64,000 nt of DNA from Sediminibacterium sp. (lineage in GTDB: Bacteria > Bacteroidota > Bacteroidia > Chitinophagales > Chitinophagaceae), in NCBI GenBank assembly GCA_965283715.1, contig CBDIPL010000004.1, positions 199,780 through 263,779 on the forward strand, written 5' to 3'. Positions 28,038 to 37,616 of the stretch are shown piece after piece (the first letter of the stretch is position 1; the number at the start of each line of letters is the position of its first letter). The translations under genes and the position numbers were made by a program. Under the pieces are notes generated by a model that saw only the letters and a list, made by a program, of their open reading frames with translations, had not been told where the DNA came from and did no database searches.

Positions 28038-28652
28038 TTAGATTTTTGAGAAATTTCTGAAAATATTGATCCCGTTCTGATGGCTTTTTTCAGGATGAAA
28101 CTGCATGCCAAAAACATTTTCATGGTTTACAGCAGAGGAAAAAGCTGTACCATAATCAGTAGTACCAAGTATGTCATCTGCGGAACGGCAATCATAATAA
28201 TAACTATGTAAAAAATAAAATCCGCGGTCGTGTTCTATATCTGCAAAAATGGGATGCTGGTGTTTTAATTCAACCGTGTTCCATCCAAGATGTGGCAGAT
28301 AGGGTTTTTCTTTTAATTTTGATGGATCAAATTTTTTAACAGTTCCCTTGATCCATCCAAAACCTTCCAATACACCTTCTTCACTTCCTTCGGCAAGCAA
28401 CTGCATACCTACACAGATACCCATGATCGGTTTCTTTTCTCCCAACACCATTTCATCCAGAAATGTTTTTAAACCTGAACTGTATAAAATGCGCATCGTT
28501 TCATCAAATGCACCAACACCGGGAAGAATCAGGTGAGATGCTTTCCGTAATTCCCTCGTATCGTCTGAAATAAAGTGTTCAATATTGAGACGTTTGTAAA
28601 TATTAGATATGGCATAAATATTACCTGAGCCATAATTAACGATTCCTATCAC
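28038..28652 (-). CDS. HisH-like glutamine amidotransferase subunit (WbuY-type)
   Basis: LPGVGAF, GICVGMQ (catalytic Cys), PHLGWN, FYFLHSY, QFHPEKS. Confidence 0.92.
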   Translation of the reverse strand: MIGIVNYGSGNIYAISNIYKRLNIEHFISDDTRELRKASHLILPGVGAFDETMRILYSSGLKTFLDEMVLGEKKPIMGICVGMQLLAEGSEEGVLEGFGWIKGTVKKFDPSKLKEKPYLPHLGWNTVELKHQHPIFADIEHDRGFYFLHSYYYDCRSADDILGTTDYGTAFSSAVNHENVFGMQFHPEKSHQNGINIFRNFSKI

Positions 28653-28702
28653 GATTTGCTATTTTATATCCCGTATAATAATTGGCAAGGATTAAATCCC
28701 CA

Positions 28703-29841
28703 TTAACGTTTTCCCGCTTTTTCAATACCCAATGCCTTCAATAACCTCGCTCCTATTTTATAAATACTTTCCTGAGATGCGTAATCTTTGTATGTTTTAT
28801 TGGGCGCTTTAAAATAAGAATTTAATTCCTCAACGGTAATACCAAGCTTATTGGCTATGTATTCAAAATCCTGGTGAATAGTGACTGCGTCGTAAGTCGG
28901 TTCTTTAAGTTTTTCAAGTGCTTCTTCACGTGTCATCTGATTAGTAAGTATCAGGCTCGAATACTGCACCTTTCTTACATCGTACCCGAATTTTTCCGGC
29001 AGCCAATAACTTTCATAAAACTTAGTGAACCTTGATTCAAAATGTTTTTGCGGATAAGGCTGCCATCCAAATTTTTCTTCCAGCAGCTGCATCGCTTCTT
29101 TTTTAATATAAGGAACATGATTCAATGGCCTTATCACTTTGATCCCTTTAATATAGGGCAGGTAGATCTTATGCCATAATATTTTAGTTAACGGGTACTG
29201 CTTTAGGGGCCGCGTTCCGAATTTTTTATGGATATCTTTTAACTGTATGCTGTCTGACTGGTAATACATCCATTCAACAGGATTGCGTACACACTCTGTT
29301 GAGTAATTAGCACCGGTAAGTATATTTTTCACTTTGTAATCAGATGCAAAATTGTACATCGTGGCAAAAAAAGCGTGATCCTGCGGCGTATCGATATGGG
29401 GAACACCTGATTTAAAATAAGCCAATTGCAGGTCTTTCATTTCTTCCCAGTCAATTACATGCGTATAAAGATCAAGTCCTAATTTATCAACGATTCTTTC
29501 AATATTGTTTACAGCGATCTGGGAGTTCCATCCAGCATCCACATGAAATACAGGGGTCGTAGACCCAGTTTTTCTTTGGCGATATATACCAGGAAAGAAC
29601 TATCGATCCCACCACTCATTCCAATAATGCAGTCAAAATCTTTCCCTCTCCCTTCTTCTTTTATTTTATCTACGGTTACCATAAGCTCCTTCATGCCACG
29701 TTCATCCGTATGCCATGAAGGAAGGGTTTTCTCGTAATAAGTTTTACAATGGTCGCATACGCCTTTCTCATCAAAAACGATCGCTGAATCTGTCGTGTCC
29801 ATCACACAATTTGTACATACCTGATACTTTCTTTCACTCAT
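28703..29841 (-). pseudogene. N-acetyl sugar amidotransferase (WbuX/WbpG family), split by a -1 frameshift at about 29551 as sequenced
   Basis: N-part has CTNCVMD, CDHC and the PP-loop GMSGGIDSS; C-part has DAGWNS, PQDHAF, HFESRF. Restoring GG in CTG-GTA gives LRPLVFHVDAGWNS. Confidence 0.88.
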
Positions 29842-29859
29842 TCTAATAAATTTTAATTC

Positions 29860-31749
29860 TTATATACCATATACCTTTTCGAGCCAGATCTGCTGGCATA
29901 AGACGGCGAAAAGAGTATATGAATAATCTTTTTTTCCTGCTAGTTGTTCCTTGTACATATTATCAAAAATTTCCCCCTTGAAGATACCCTGTTTCTTTAT
30001 GCGCTGTGGATCAAAATATTTCTGAAACATTGGATTTGCATGTCTGAACCACGATCTGATGGGTAAGGCAAATCCTGCTTTGGGCCTGTAAATTACTTCA
30101 TGCGGCAGATAAGGTTCCATTGCTTTTTTGAGAATGTATTTCTGTTGCTTGTTGCGTAACTTCATATCAATAGGTACCGAATTCATCAACCGTACCATTT
30201 CAAAATCAAGGAAAGGCACTCTGGCTTCTACTCCTACAATCATACTCATTTTATCACTATATGACAGATTGAGTGAAAGCAGGTCAAACTGCTGATCGGC
30301 CTGCAGCATCGCTTCCATTGTATCCATATGGCTACGGGCGCTAAAAAAATCTGTAAGATCATGACCAGGTCTTACCGTAGAACTATCTGCAAAATAGTTA
30401 CTGATTTCAGTTGGATCGTTCCACATAAAATATCCTGGCAGGCGGTCGTTTTTATTTTGACGTGCCGCTTTTGCCAGTCTTTTTATCCTTCGTACTGGTG
30501 CATTAAGTTTTCCAGGTATAGATGCAGGAAGAAGCGAATCAACAATACCAAGTCCTGCTTTTGTAATGCCTGACATGTTATCTATAAATTGTTCGGCACG
30601 ATATCTTCTATACCCACACAAATATTCATCAGCGCCCTGACCCGAAAGCATCACTTTTACGCCATCCTTTCTTGCACTTTCGCAAATGAGATAGGTATTA
30701 ATCGCTGCGGGATCAGAAATACCATCTTCAAGAAAGGGAACCAGGTCAGGAAGCAAGGAAATGAATTCTGATTTGGCTTTGATAACCTGCAGATTCAATC
30801 CAAGTTTTGATGCCATTTTTTCTGCGTAAAACAGGTCATTACTTTGGCCATCATGTTGGTTATCTTCTTTTGAAAAAGAAATGGTGTAAGCTGTTTTTAT
30901 CTGACCACCTGCCTGCACTGCTTCATAAGCAACAGCTGAAGAATCCAGTCCTCCGCTTAAAAACAGCGAGATCGGTACATCGGCAATTAACTGGCGTTTA
31001 ACAGAAGCTGCAAAGGTTTCCCTGAAAGCACCAATCATGTCATCTTCTGAAGAAAACGAAATTTTATCGTGTAGCTGATTGAAGAGTTGTTCCTTGTAAA
31101 TATTTTTTCCTTCGCTATAGGCATGGTACACACCTGGCGCAAGTTTGAAATAGTTCTCATACATTGTATATGGCTCAGGCACATACATAAAAGTTAGTTG
31201 ATCGGCAAGTGACTGTTTACGGATATCTCTTTTAAGATGAGAAAAACTCAATAGTCCTTTTATTTCAGAACAGAAGAAAACACTTCCACCCTGTTCAGTA
31301 TAATACAAAGGTTTGATACCGATAGGATCGCGGACAACATGCAATATTTTTTCTGCTTTATCATAAATGGCCAGCGCAAAAATTCCATTGAGTTTGGAAA
31401 AATAAGAATACCCTTCTTTTGCAAAACCTTCCAGTATCACTTCTGTATCTGAAGTAGACTTCCAGCGAAAGAAACCATATTTTTTTTCCAGCTCAGTTTT
31501 AAGATCTGTATAGTTATAGATTTCCCCGTTAAAGGTCATAATATAGCGGCCCGATGCATCCAGCATCGGTTGGTGACCTGCCGGTGACAGATCGATAATC
31601 GATAAGCGCGCCTGACCTAACTGCGCATCATTTGCATCTGAATAAAAGATACCGCTATCATCAGGTCCCCTGTGCGCAATACACCTGATTGAGCCAGCAA
31701 GATCAAACTGCTCGTTTCGCGATGAACTGATAGCTACTATTCCACACAT
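29860..31749 (-). CDS. asnB: Asparagine synthase (glutamine-hydrolysing) family amidotransferase, WbpS-like glycan amidase role
   Basis: MCGI N-terminal nucleophile, HRGPD, RLSIIDL, FNGEIYN, RDPIGIKPLYY, LSGGLDSS, SGQGADE, EARVPFLD. Confidence 0.92.
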   Translation of the reverse strand: MCGIVAISSSRNEQFDLAGSIRCIAHRGPDDSGIFYSDANDAQLGQARLSIIDLSPAGHQPMLDASGRYIMTFNGEIYNYTDLKTELEKKYGFFRWKSTSDTEVILEGFAKEGYSYFSKLNGIFALAIYDKAEKILHVVRDPIGIKPLYYTEQGGSVFFCSEIKGLLSFSHLKRDIRKQSLADQLTFMYVPEPYTMYENYFKLAPGVYHAYSEGKNIYKEQLFNQLHDKISFSSEDDMIGAFRETFAASVKRQLIADVPISLFLSGGLDSSAVAYEAVQAGGQIKTAYTISFSKEDNQHDGQSNDLFYAEKMASKLGLNLQVIKAKSEFISLLPDLVPFLEDGISDPAAINTYLICESARKDGVKVMLSGQGADEYLCGYRRYRAEQFIDNMSGITKAGLGIVDSLLPASIPGKLNAPVRRIKRLAKAARQNKNDRLPGYFMWNDPTEISNYFADSSTVRPGHDLTDFFSARSHMDTMEAMLQADQQFDLLSLNLSYSDKMSMIVGVEARVPFLDFEMVRLMNSVPIDMKLRNKQQKYILKKAMEPYLPHEVIYRPKAGFALPIRSWFRHANPMFQKYFDPQRIKKQGIFKGEIFDNMYKEQLAGKKDYSYTLFAVLCQQIWLEKVYGI

Positions 31750-31776
31750 ATAATTTATTTAAATTGAGCCCGATTA

Positions 31777-32871
31777 TTAACTATAAAACTTATCAGCTAC
31801 CAGGCGCATAGACCTTTGCTGATCAAACATATCCAAAGCTTTGTCTGAAGGAACATACGGTTTCTGTGTTACAAATTTGGCATGTGCAATTGCGTTTGTT
31901 AACCAGTTAGCATCTTCCAGTTCTATCAAACAGATTCTTTCCCTCATACAGGAAGGTACTGTTTCTATCCAGGGATTATAGGTTATTGCAACGCAGCATC
32001 CGCTGAAGATAGATTCATACACACTTCTTGGCGAAGAATCACTTTCCGGTATTGATATGGCAAGTTGCGTGGAAGCTAAAACACTGTACACTTCTTTCTT
32101 GGTAGCCATTCGGCCATAATTGGTATCGCCTGGCTTTAGTTGTTCCAATATTTTTTCTTTGTAGCCCTCTTCCCAAAAAGGATAGAACAATATCAGATTC
32201 TGATGGGGTGAAGTATTCTCCCTTGCCTGAAAAATTTCATGGATTCGATACAAAGGATACAATGCCCGGATAGATGCAATGTTAGTTCTAGGTACTTGTG
32301 AATTCTTATTGGCAAAGATGGCATCCACATCGATACCATACTGAATAACATCAGCCTTTTTACCGCACAATTTCATAATACCATTCTGAAGATTTACAGA
32401 ATCCACGATCAGGTGATCAGCTGCGGTCAATGATTTTACTGCAAAACGACGGTACATAGCTGAACGGTAAGGCCGTATTAATATCTCATCTCCCTGCGGA
32501 CTTCCGATATACTTTACACCTGCTTTCCAGCATATAAAAAGATAATACATGGTATGTGCATGGTACACACAATCCGGGTTGTTTTTTACCAACTTTTTTA
32601 ACCTGCCAACCTGTACCGGAAAGAAAGCCAGTTTAATAAAATTACGCCAGAAATTACCTATTGTTGATTGACCACGAAATAAGAGCCAATCAATATTGTA
32701 TAGATTAATAATACCATCCTCTTCTCTGTTAACAATTTTTGCGTGACCTTCTGACTCAATCAAATCAGTTGCAAAACGGACCTCGCGGTTATAACAGATC
32801 TTTTTTATGGTTCTGAACCAATCGATAGCATGAAAATCTCTGCCGTTCCCTACAAATATTACGTTCCTCAA
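31777..32871 (-). CDS. Divergent GT4-like glycosyltransferase
   Basis: HAHTMYY, PQGDE, ADHLIVDS, IQYGID, RALYPLYRI, SDSSPRSVYES; TTG start. Confidence 0.7.
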   Translation of the reverse strand: MRNVIFVGNGRDFHAIDWFRTIKKICYNREVRFATDLIESEGHAKIVNREEDGIINLYNIDWLLFRGQSTIGNFWRNFIKLAFFPVQVGRLKKLVKNNPDCVYHAHTMYYLFICWKAGVKYIGSPQGDEILIRPYRSAMYRRFAVKSLTAADHLIVDSVNLQNGIMKLCGKKADVIQYGIDVDAIFANKNSQVPRTNIASIRALYPLYRIHEIFQARENTSPHQNLILFYPFWEEGYKEKILEQLKPGDTNYGRMATKKEVYSVLASTQLAISIPESDSSPRSVYESIFSGCCVAITYNPWIETVPSCMRERICLIELEDANWLTNAIAHAKFVTQKPYVPSDKALDMFDQQRSMRLVADKFYS

Positions 32872-32885
32872 AATTTATTTTTTTG

Positions 32886-32893
32886 CGAAAATA
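32886..32893 (-). promoter_or_regulatory. Candidate internal -7 element TATTTTCG
   Basis: One mismatch to TAnnTTTG, in the 58-bp gap 14 bp upstream of the TTG start at 32871. Confidence 0.3.
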
Positions 32894-32929
32894 TCGCTTT
32901 TCGTTTACAAGCTTCCAAGCAAACATGCA

Positions 32930-33793
32930 TTAGGAGGGTTTGCTGCCAGCCTCAATTACTTTTTGTAGCCCCTCTGCGAGTGAAATTTTAGGAACCCAAT
33001 TTAATTCTGATTTGATTTTACTAATATCGGCTACCGTGTCAAGTATCTCCCCCTGCCTGCTTTTATCAGAAAAACGAATTTCTGCAGTGGACGCGGTAAG
33101 CATATGCAAAGTATTTACAACATCACGCACGGATGTTGACAAGCCTGTGCCGAGGTTAAAAACATGCATTCCTGTTTTTTCCTGATTGATGGCCAGGTAG
33201 ATTGCTTCTATAATATCACTGATAAAAATAAAATCCCGCTTGGGGCGAGAATCGTTCAACTGAATAACAGATTCATGAATCTGTCTTAGAATAGTAGGAA
33301 TAAAAAAAACCGGGTTCTGACCAGGCCCATATATATTGAAAGGTCGAAAGATGGTAACGGGTACATTAAAATCGCGATGGAACGCTTCGCATAACTGCTC
33401 GCAGCTTAATTTAGATTGCGTGTATGGATTAAGCGGATGTGTGGGATGCTTTTCATCTATGGGCAGGTATTTTGGTGGTCCATACACATAGGTGCTGAAA
33501 AAAATAAATGCCGCACCATCCACTCTCGCTTTTTCAAGGCAGTTAATGGTAGAACTGATATTGTTGTTATAGTATAAGGCAGGGTTGGTAAAAGATTCAG
33601 GGATGAAGTTTTTACTAGCCAGATGAACAATAACATCAGCTTTTGGCAATTCATGTACAGCAGTAACATCCGTTAGATCTATTTTCGAATGCCTAATCAA
33701 TTCAATACTTTCAAAAGTATTGAATGTCCTCAAATATTTATCCAGGGCTTTGCCAACAAAACCATTAGCACCGGTAATTAAAATTTTTTTCAT
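32930..33793 (-). CDS. NAD-dependent epimerase/reductase (extended SDR)
   Basis: ATG 33793 gives MKKILITGANGFVG, with HLAS, YTQSK, RPFNIYGPGQ, RDFIFISD. Confidence 0.88.
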   Translation of the reverse strand: MKKILITGANGFVGKALDKYLRTFNTFESIELIRHSKIDLTDVTAVHELPKADVIVHLASKNFIPESFTNPALYYNNNISSTINCLEKARVDGAAFIFFSTYVYGPPKYLPIDEKHPTHPLNPYTQSKLSCEQLCEAFHRDFNVPVTIFRPFNIYGPGQNPVFFIPTILRQIHESVIQLNDSRPKRDFIFISDIIEAIYLAINQEKTGMHVFNLGTGLSTSVRDVVNTLHMLTASTAEIRFSDKSRQGEILDTVADISKIKSELNWVPKISLAEGLQKVIEAGSKPS

Positions 33794-33869
33794 CACCAAA
33801 ATCTCCCAACCAGTTTATCGAACAATACAACTTGTGTAATTAATTAAGGTATCAATACTCAAAATGGAG

Positions 33870-34787
33870 CTACTTTTTTTGTAATACATAATTAATTCTC
33901 CCGCGAAACAATTCTTCCAAAAGAGGAATCCGTGCGGGTATAAAAAACAATAACCTCAATGCCCTGAATAAAGGTAATTTGGCTCTACGTCCATCTGACA
34001 GTATTGGATTTAATCCTACATATTTCATTTCCCAATCTTTTTTTCGGATAATTTTTCTAAACTTAGCAATAGAGATGCCATTTAAACTTGGTAGTTTTTC
34101 CCATGGATCCAGATCTGGGCTGCTTGGTGCATACCATTCTGCCTTCTCCCCTCTTTCTTTAATAATTTCATAGTGTGCTTTTGCCAATGCTTTTCCTGAA
34201 AAAACCCAATGCAACGCTGGCATACGAGATGAAAAATCTAAATGAGACTCCAGAGGTTGTAAAAATTGCGGAAAAACACATAGTAATTTGCCACCTGGTT
34301 TTAGAACCCGAAACAATTCATCCATGGTTGTTTCTACATTTCTAACATGCTCCATTACATCATGTGTAAAAACAAAATCAAAACTATTATCAGCATATGG
34401 GAGAGCTTCTCCAAAACCAGTGGTAAGTTTTACAGGTATTTGTTTTTCTGCTGCATAAATATTACCAGCTTCTGCATACAAAGGATTTACATCAATGCCA
34501 TCTGCTTTTGCAAAACCATATCTTTCAACCCATCTTACCAGAGCACCTCCTGTGAAACTTCCTAATTCAAAGAGATGCTTGCCTTTGAATTCATTAACAT
34601 CAAATTCAGGAAAATATTTTTGTACAAAATCTGTCTCACTCTCATACTCATATCTATATCTTGCTGATTGAACGGCAGTTGATTTATCACCTCTAATGTA
34701 TTCTGCAGTGTATTTTGCCCACCTGTCGTCCAATGATAAATGAAATGGAAACATCTTCATAACAAATTTCGCCAAAGCTGTACTCAT
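33870..34787 (-). CDS. Class I SAM-dependent methyltransferase
   Basis: ELGSFTGG (variant motif I), GEALPYADNSFDFV, DVMEHV, RVLKPGG. Confidence 0.85.
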   Translation of the reverse strand: MSTALAKFVMKMFPFHLSLDDRWAKYTAEYIRGDKSTAVQSARYRYEYESETDFVQKYFPEFDVNEFKGKHLFELGSFTGGALVRWVERYGFAKADGIDVNPLYAEAGNIYAAEKQIPVKLTTGFGEALPYADNSFDFVFTHDVMEHVRNVETTMDELFRVLKPGGKLLCVFPQFLQPLESHLDFSSRMPALHWVFSGKALAKAHYEIIKERGEKAEWYAPSSPDLDPWEKLPSLNGISIAKFRKIIRKKDWEMKYVGLNPILSDGRRAKLPLFRALRLLFFIPARIPLLEELFRGRINYVLQKK

Positions 34788-34859
34788 AGTAAAAGATTTA
34801 ATAGAAGTTTATAGTAAATATTTAATTGCGTAAATAATTAGATTAAAGCGAATGTTAGC

Positions 34860-35561
34860 TTATAGAAACTGGCCTTCATTAAATTCTTCCAAAGCCTTTT
34901 CATAATCAGCAGGTCGTCCAATATCTAGCCAAAATCCTTCAAATGGTTGTAAATGAGGATAGGTACCCTCTTCTATAAGCTTGTTCATTAAATGATCAAA
35001 CCCAAAGAATGTTTCTTTTGGTATTTGTTCAACATTTTTCTTACTCATCATATAAATACCCATGCTTACCAGATAATCTTTGGAAGGTTTTTCTTCAAAT
35101 TTAATAAGGTATCCATTTTCATCACATGTTAAAACACCATACTCTACTTTATCCGATCTTTTATAAGAAGCGATTGTAAAGCGTTCATTTCTGTTAACAT
35201 GTGTATCATAAAATTCAGAGAAATCAAGATCAGTTAATACATCACCGTTCATCACTAAAAAATTATCAGGTAAGTCCTTAATTAAGGTAAGAGGTCCCAT
35301 TGTACTTAATGCTTTTTCTTCAAGCGAATAGTCGATCTTAAGTCCCCACTTGCTTCCATCACCGAAAAAAGCCTGAATGATATCGGCCATATGGTTAACG
35401 GTCAAAGTAATGTGCGTAAAACCATATTTCTTTAGCTGCCTGATAATAATTTCAAGGATCGGCACATCACCTACCGGCACCAGTGGCTTGGGAAGGGAAA
35501 TGGTATATGGTTTTAGCCTCGTGCCTTTACCACCAGCAAGAATAATCGCTCTTTTACTCAT
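34860..35561 (-). CDS. Sugar-1-phosphate nucleotidyltransferase (NTP_transferase; mannose-1-P guanylyltransferase/HddC-like)
   Basis: IILAGGKGTRLKPYT, PKPLVP, LSTMGPL, VMNGDVLTD, EEKP, WLDIGRPADY. Confidence 0.9.
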   Translation of the reverse strand: MSKRAIILAGGKGTRLKPYTISLPKPLVPVGDVPILEIIIRQLKKYGFTHITLTVNHMADIIQAFFGDGSKWGLKIDYSLEEKALSTMGPLTLIKDLPDNFLVMNGDVLTDLDFSEFYDTHVNRNERFTIASYKRSDKVEYGVLTCDENGYLIKFEEKPSKDYLVSMGIYMMSKKNVEQIPKETFFGFDHLMNKLIEEGTYPHLQPFEGFWLDIGRPADYEKALEEFNEGQFL

Positions 35562-36735
35562 AGATGTTTTTTAAAAATTGATTAGTTTGAGCTTGATATA
35601 ATTTACCCGGATCACTTTTCTTTTTTTCATTTTTAAACATGAAAAAAACGTATAGAACCAATGGACTGAACAAAAAAGAGTAGTGCAGAAGACTTAGCAA
35701 TATAAAAAACCTGCATTCGGGTAAAGATTTTAACAGGAAAGCCATAAAGAAAACAGCTAAAAAAAATCCGCTTTGTACAAATAAGGTTACGAGGAACAGT
35801 TCATTTCCGCCTAATGTAAAACCTTCCAACCCCATTCCTTCATAGTCATAGATCTCCCCGATTGTAAACGGGATAATATCTTTTGGAAAGATTGAGAACA
35901 TCCTGATGTAAGTATCGGCCTGGCTGATCTGGTGGGCAATCACAAAAAGGCTGTTATCCTGTTTATCGAGTTTATCATAATAACTCCTTAGCAGTCCAAT
36001 TGAACCGATGGCCATTAATACAAAAAGGAAGATCACAATGATTTGTCCGCGAATATTATCGATCCCCAATCTTTTCCCAAAGCGATTATATATTTTTTGT
36101 CCAATATAAGAAAACAAAGAGGTTCGAACGCCAATCAGATAAATGGTTATATAATCCAGGAAGTAAACATTTCTTTTTTGTGAAAGCCCTAAAAAATATA
36201 CTGCTACCAAAAAAGCAGAAAAATGATAGTTAAGGAATAATCCAAGTGGTCGGGATTTCATATCAGTGCCAAGGTATTTCATGTATTGGGGTATATCCAA
36301 TGGGAAATACCCTGTTACTGCCTGAAAAAAAATTAATCCAATACACAATAGAATAATGAAATGAATAACACCATTTTCTTTTGCATGACGCCTAAAATAA
36401 ATGCTCCCCAATACCGCAAGACCCAGTTGTTTTGCATTGAGCATGAATACAGACAAATCATTTATTAAGAATGAGCCTATCTGAGAAAACAAGAATACGC
36501 CGAGGAGATAAAGTTCCTGTTTATTTAACTTTCCTTTTACTATTAAACCTACTAAAATAAGAATGATCAGTATTTCCAGTATGAAATGTGGTGTTTCAAA
36601 AATAGTTTCAGCAAGAATGGCATTGGCAGTCATTAAAAAAATCAACACCATATTCCATATCTGGGTAATATTTATCTTTTGAGATGTTGAAACAGACAAT
36701 GCATCGATTGATATATTTACTTGTTTGTCTGTCAT
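35554..36735 (-). CDS. wzy: Putative Wzy polysaccharide polymerase
   Basis: About 10 hydrophobic segments, SRPLGLFLNYHFS loop, position among GTs in a Wzx/Wzz locus; ATG 36735 sits just after the GT2 stop. Confidence 0.65.
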   Translation of the reverse strand: MTDKQVNISIDALSVSTSQKINITQIWNMVLIFLMTANAILAETIFETPHFILEILIILILVGLIVKGKLNKQELYLLGVFLFSQIGSFLINDLSVFMLNAKQLGLAVLGSIYFRRHAKENGVIHFIILLCIGLIFFQAVTGYFPLDIPQYMKYLGTDMKSRPLGLFLNYHFSAFLVAVYFLGLSQKRNVYFLDYITIYLIGVRTSLFSYIGQKIYNRFGKRLGIDNIRGQIIVIFLFVLMAIGSIGLLRSYYDKLDKQDNSLFVIAHQISQADTYIRMFSIFPKDIIPFTIGEIYDYEGMGLEGFTLGGNELFLVTLFVQSGFFLAVFFMAFLLKSLPECRFFILLSLLHYSFLFSPLVLYVFFMFKNEKKKSDPGKLYQAQTNQFLKNIYE

Positions 36736-36737
36736 TT

Positions 36738-37616
36738 CTATTTTGATTCGCGCGAACGCAGTAATACTGAGAGATACATGTGTGCTATTTTGATTTTTAT
36801 TTGTACATCTGCATACTTGAAACAAAATCTAAAATATTTTCGGGCTTCTGTATAATTTTTATCTACAAACAAGTGTCTACTTCGCGTGTATTGTATAAGT
36901 GCTGTCAATTTATTCTGTTGTTTTACGGATAGCAGGTGAAAATATTTCTCCACAACTGATTCATATACATTGGACATGTCTTTTTGGGATATGCCGTTTT
37001 CATGCTGTAGATAATAACAAAGGTTTTGTGGAATATATTTAAACTGATCGGTGATAGCTGCAATTTTCAACCATGCATCAAAATCTTCCGCAGCTATAAC
37101 CCCTTTATCTTCATTAATTCCACCAATGCGTTCTAACAATGACTTACGAACTACTACAGAAGAATTGGCTATCGTATTACCTGCAATCAAAAGATCAATC
37201 AGTACAGGCTTTTGAAGCTTCCTGCTTTTAATCCCTTTTTTTGATCCAGATTCCCCGTCAACCAGAAAAAAATCGTGGTATATCAAATCAGTTGTCTCAC
37301 TGATTACCTGCGAACATTTTTCCAGTTTGCCTGGGACCCACCAATCATCTGCATCTAGAAAACAGATCCATTTACCTTGGGCAATAGCTAAGCCTCTGTT
37401 ACGGGGTTTTGCAGGACCACCATAATTGGTATCCCATTGATACGTTATTCTTGGATCTTTTATTGATTTAATGACATCTCCTGTATCATCAGTAGAGCCA
37501 TCATCCATTACCAGAATTTCAAAATCAGTAAATGTTTGTGACAGTACAGACTCAACAGCTTTTTTTACTTTACCTGACCTGTTATAGGTTGGAATGATGA
37601 CAGAGAATAGTGGCAT
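36738..37616 (-). CDS. Glycosyltransferase family 2
   Basis: SVIIPTYNR, DDGSTD, GGPAKPRN, FLDADD, EDFDAWL. Confidence 0.95.
   Translation of the reverse strand: MPLFSVIIPTYNRSGKVKKAVESVLSQTFTDFEILVMDDGSTDDTGDVIKSIKDPRITYQWDTNYGGPAKPRNRGLAIAQGKWICFLDADDWWVPGKLEKCSQVISETTDLIYHDFFLVDGESGSKKGIKSRKLQKPVLIDLLIAGNTIANSSVVVRKSLLERIGGINEDKGVIAAEDFDAWLKIAAITDQFKYIPQNLCYYLQHENGISQKDMSNVYESVVEKYFHLLSVKQQNKLTALIQYTRSRHLFVDKNYTEARKYFRFCFKYADVQIKIKIAHMYLSVLLRSRESK

Noticed and set aside
27252-31749. hisF, hisH and asnB read as amino-acid biosynthesis genes
   Set aside because: No other his genes are adjacent, and the pairing with a WbuX-like gene inside a glycan operon fits glycan-modifying paralogs.
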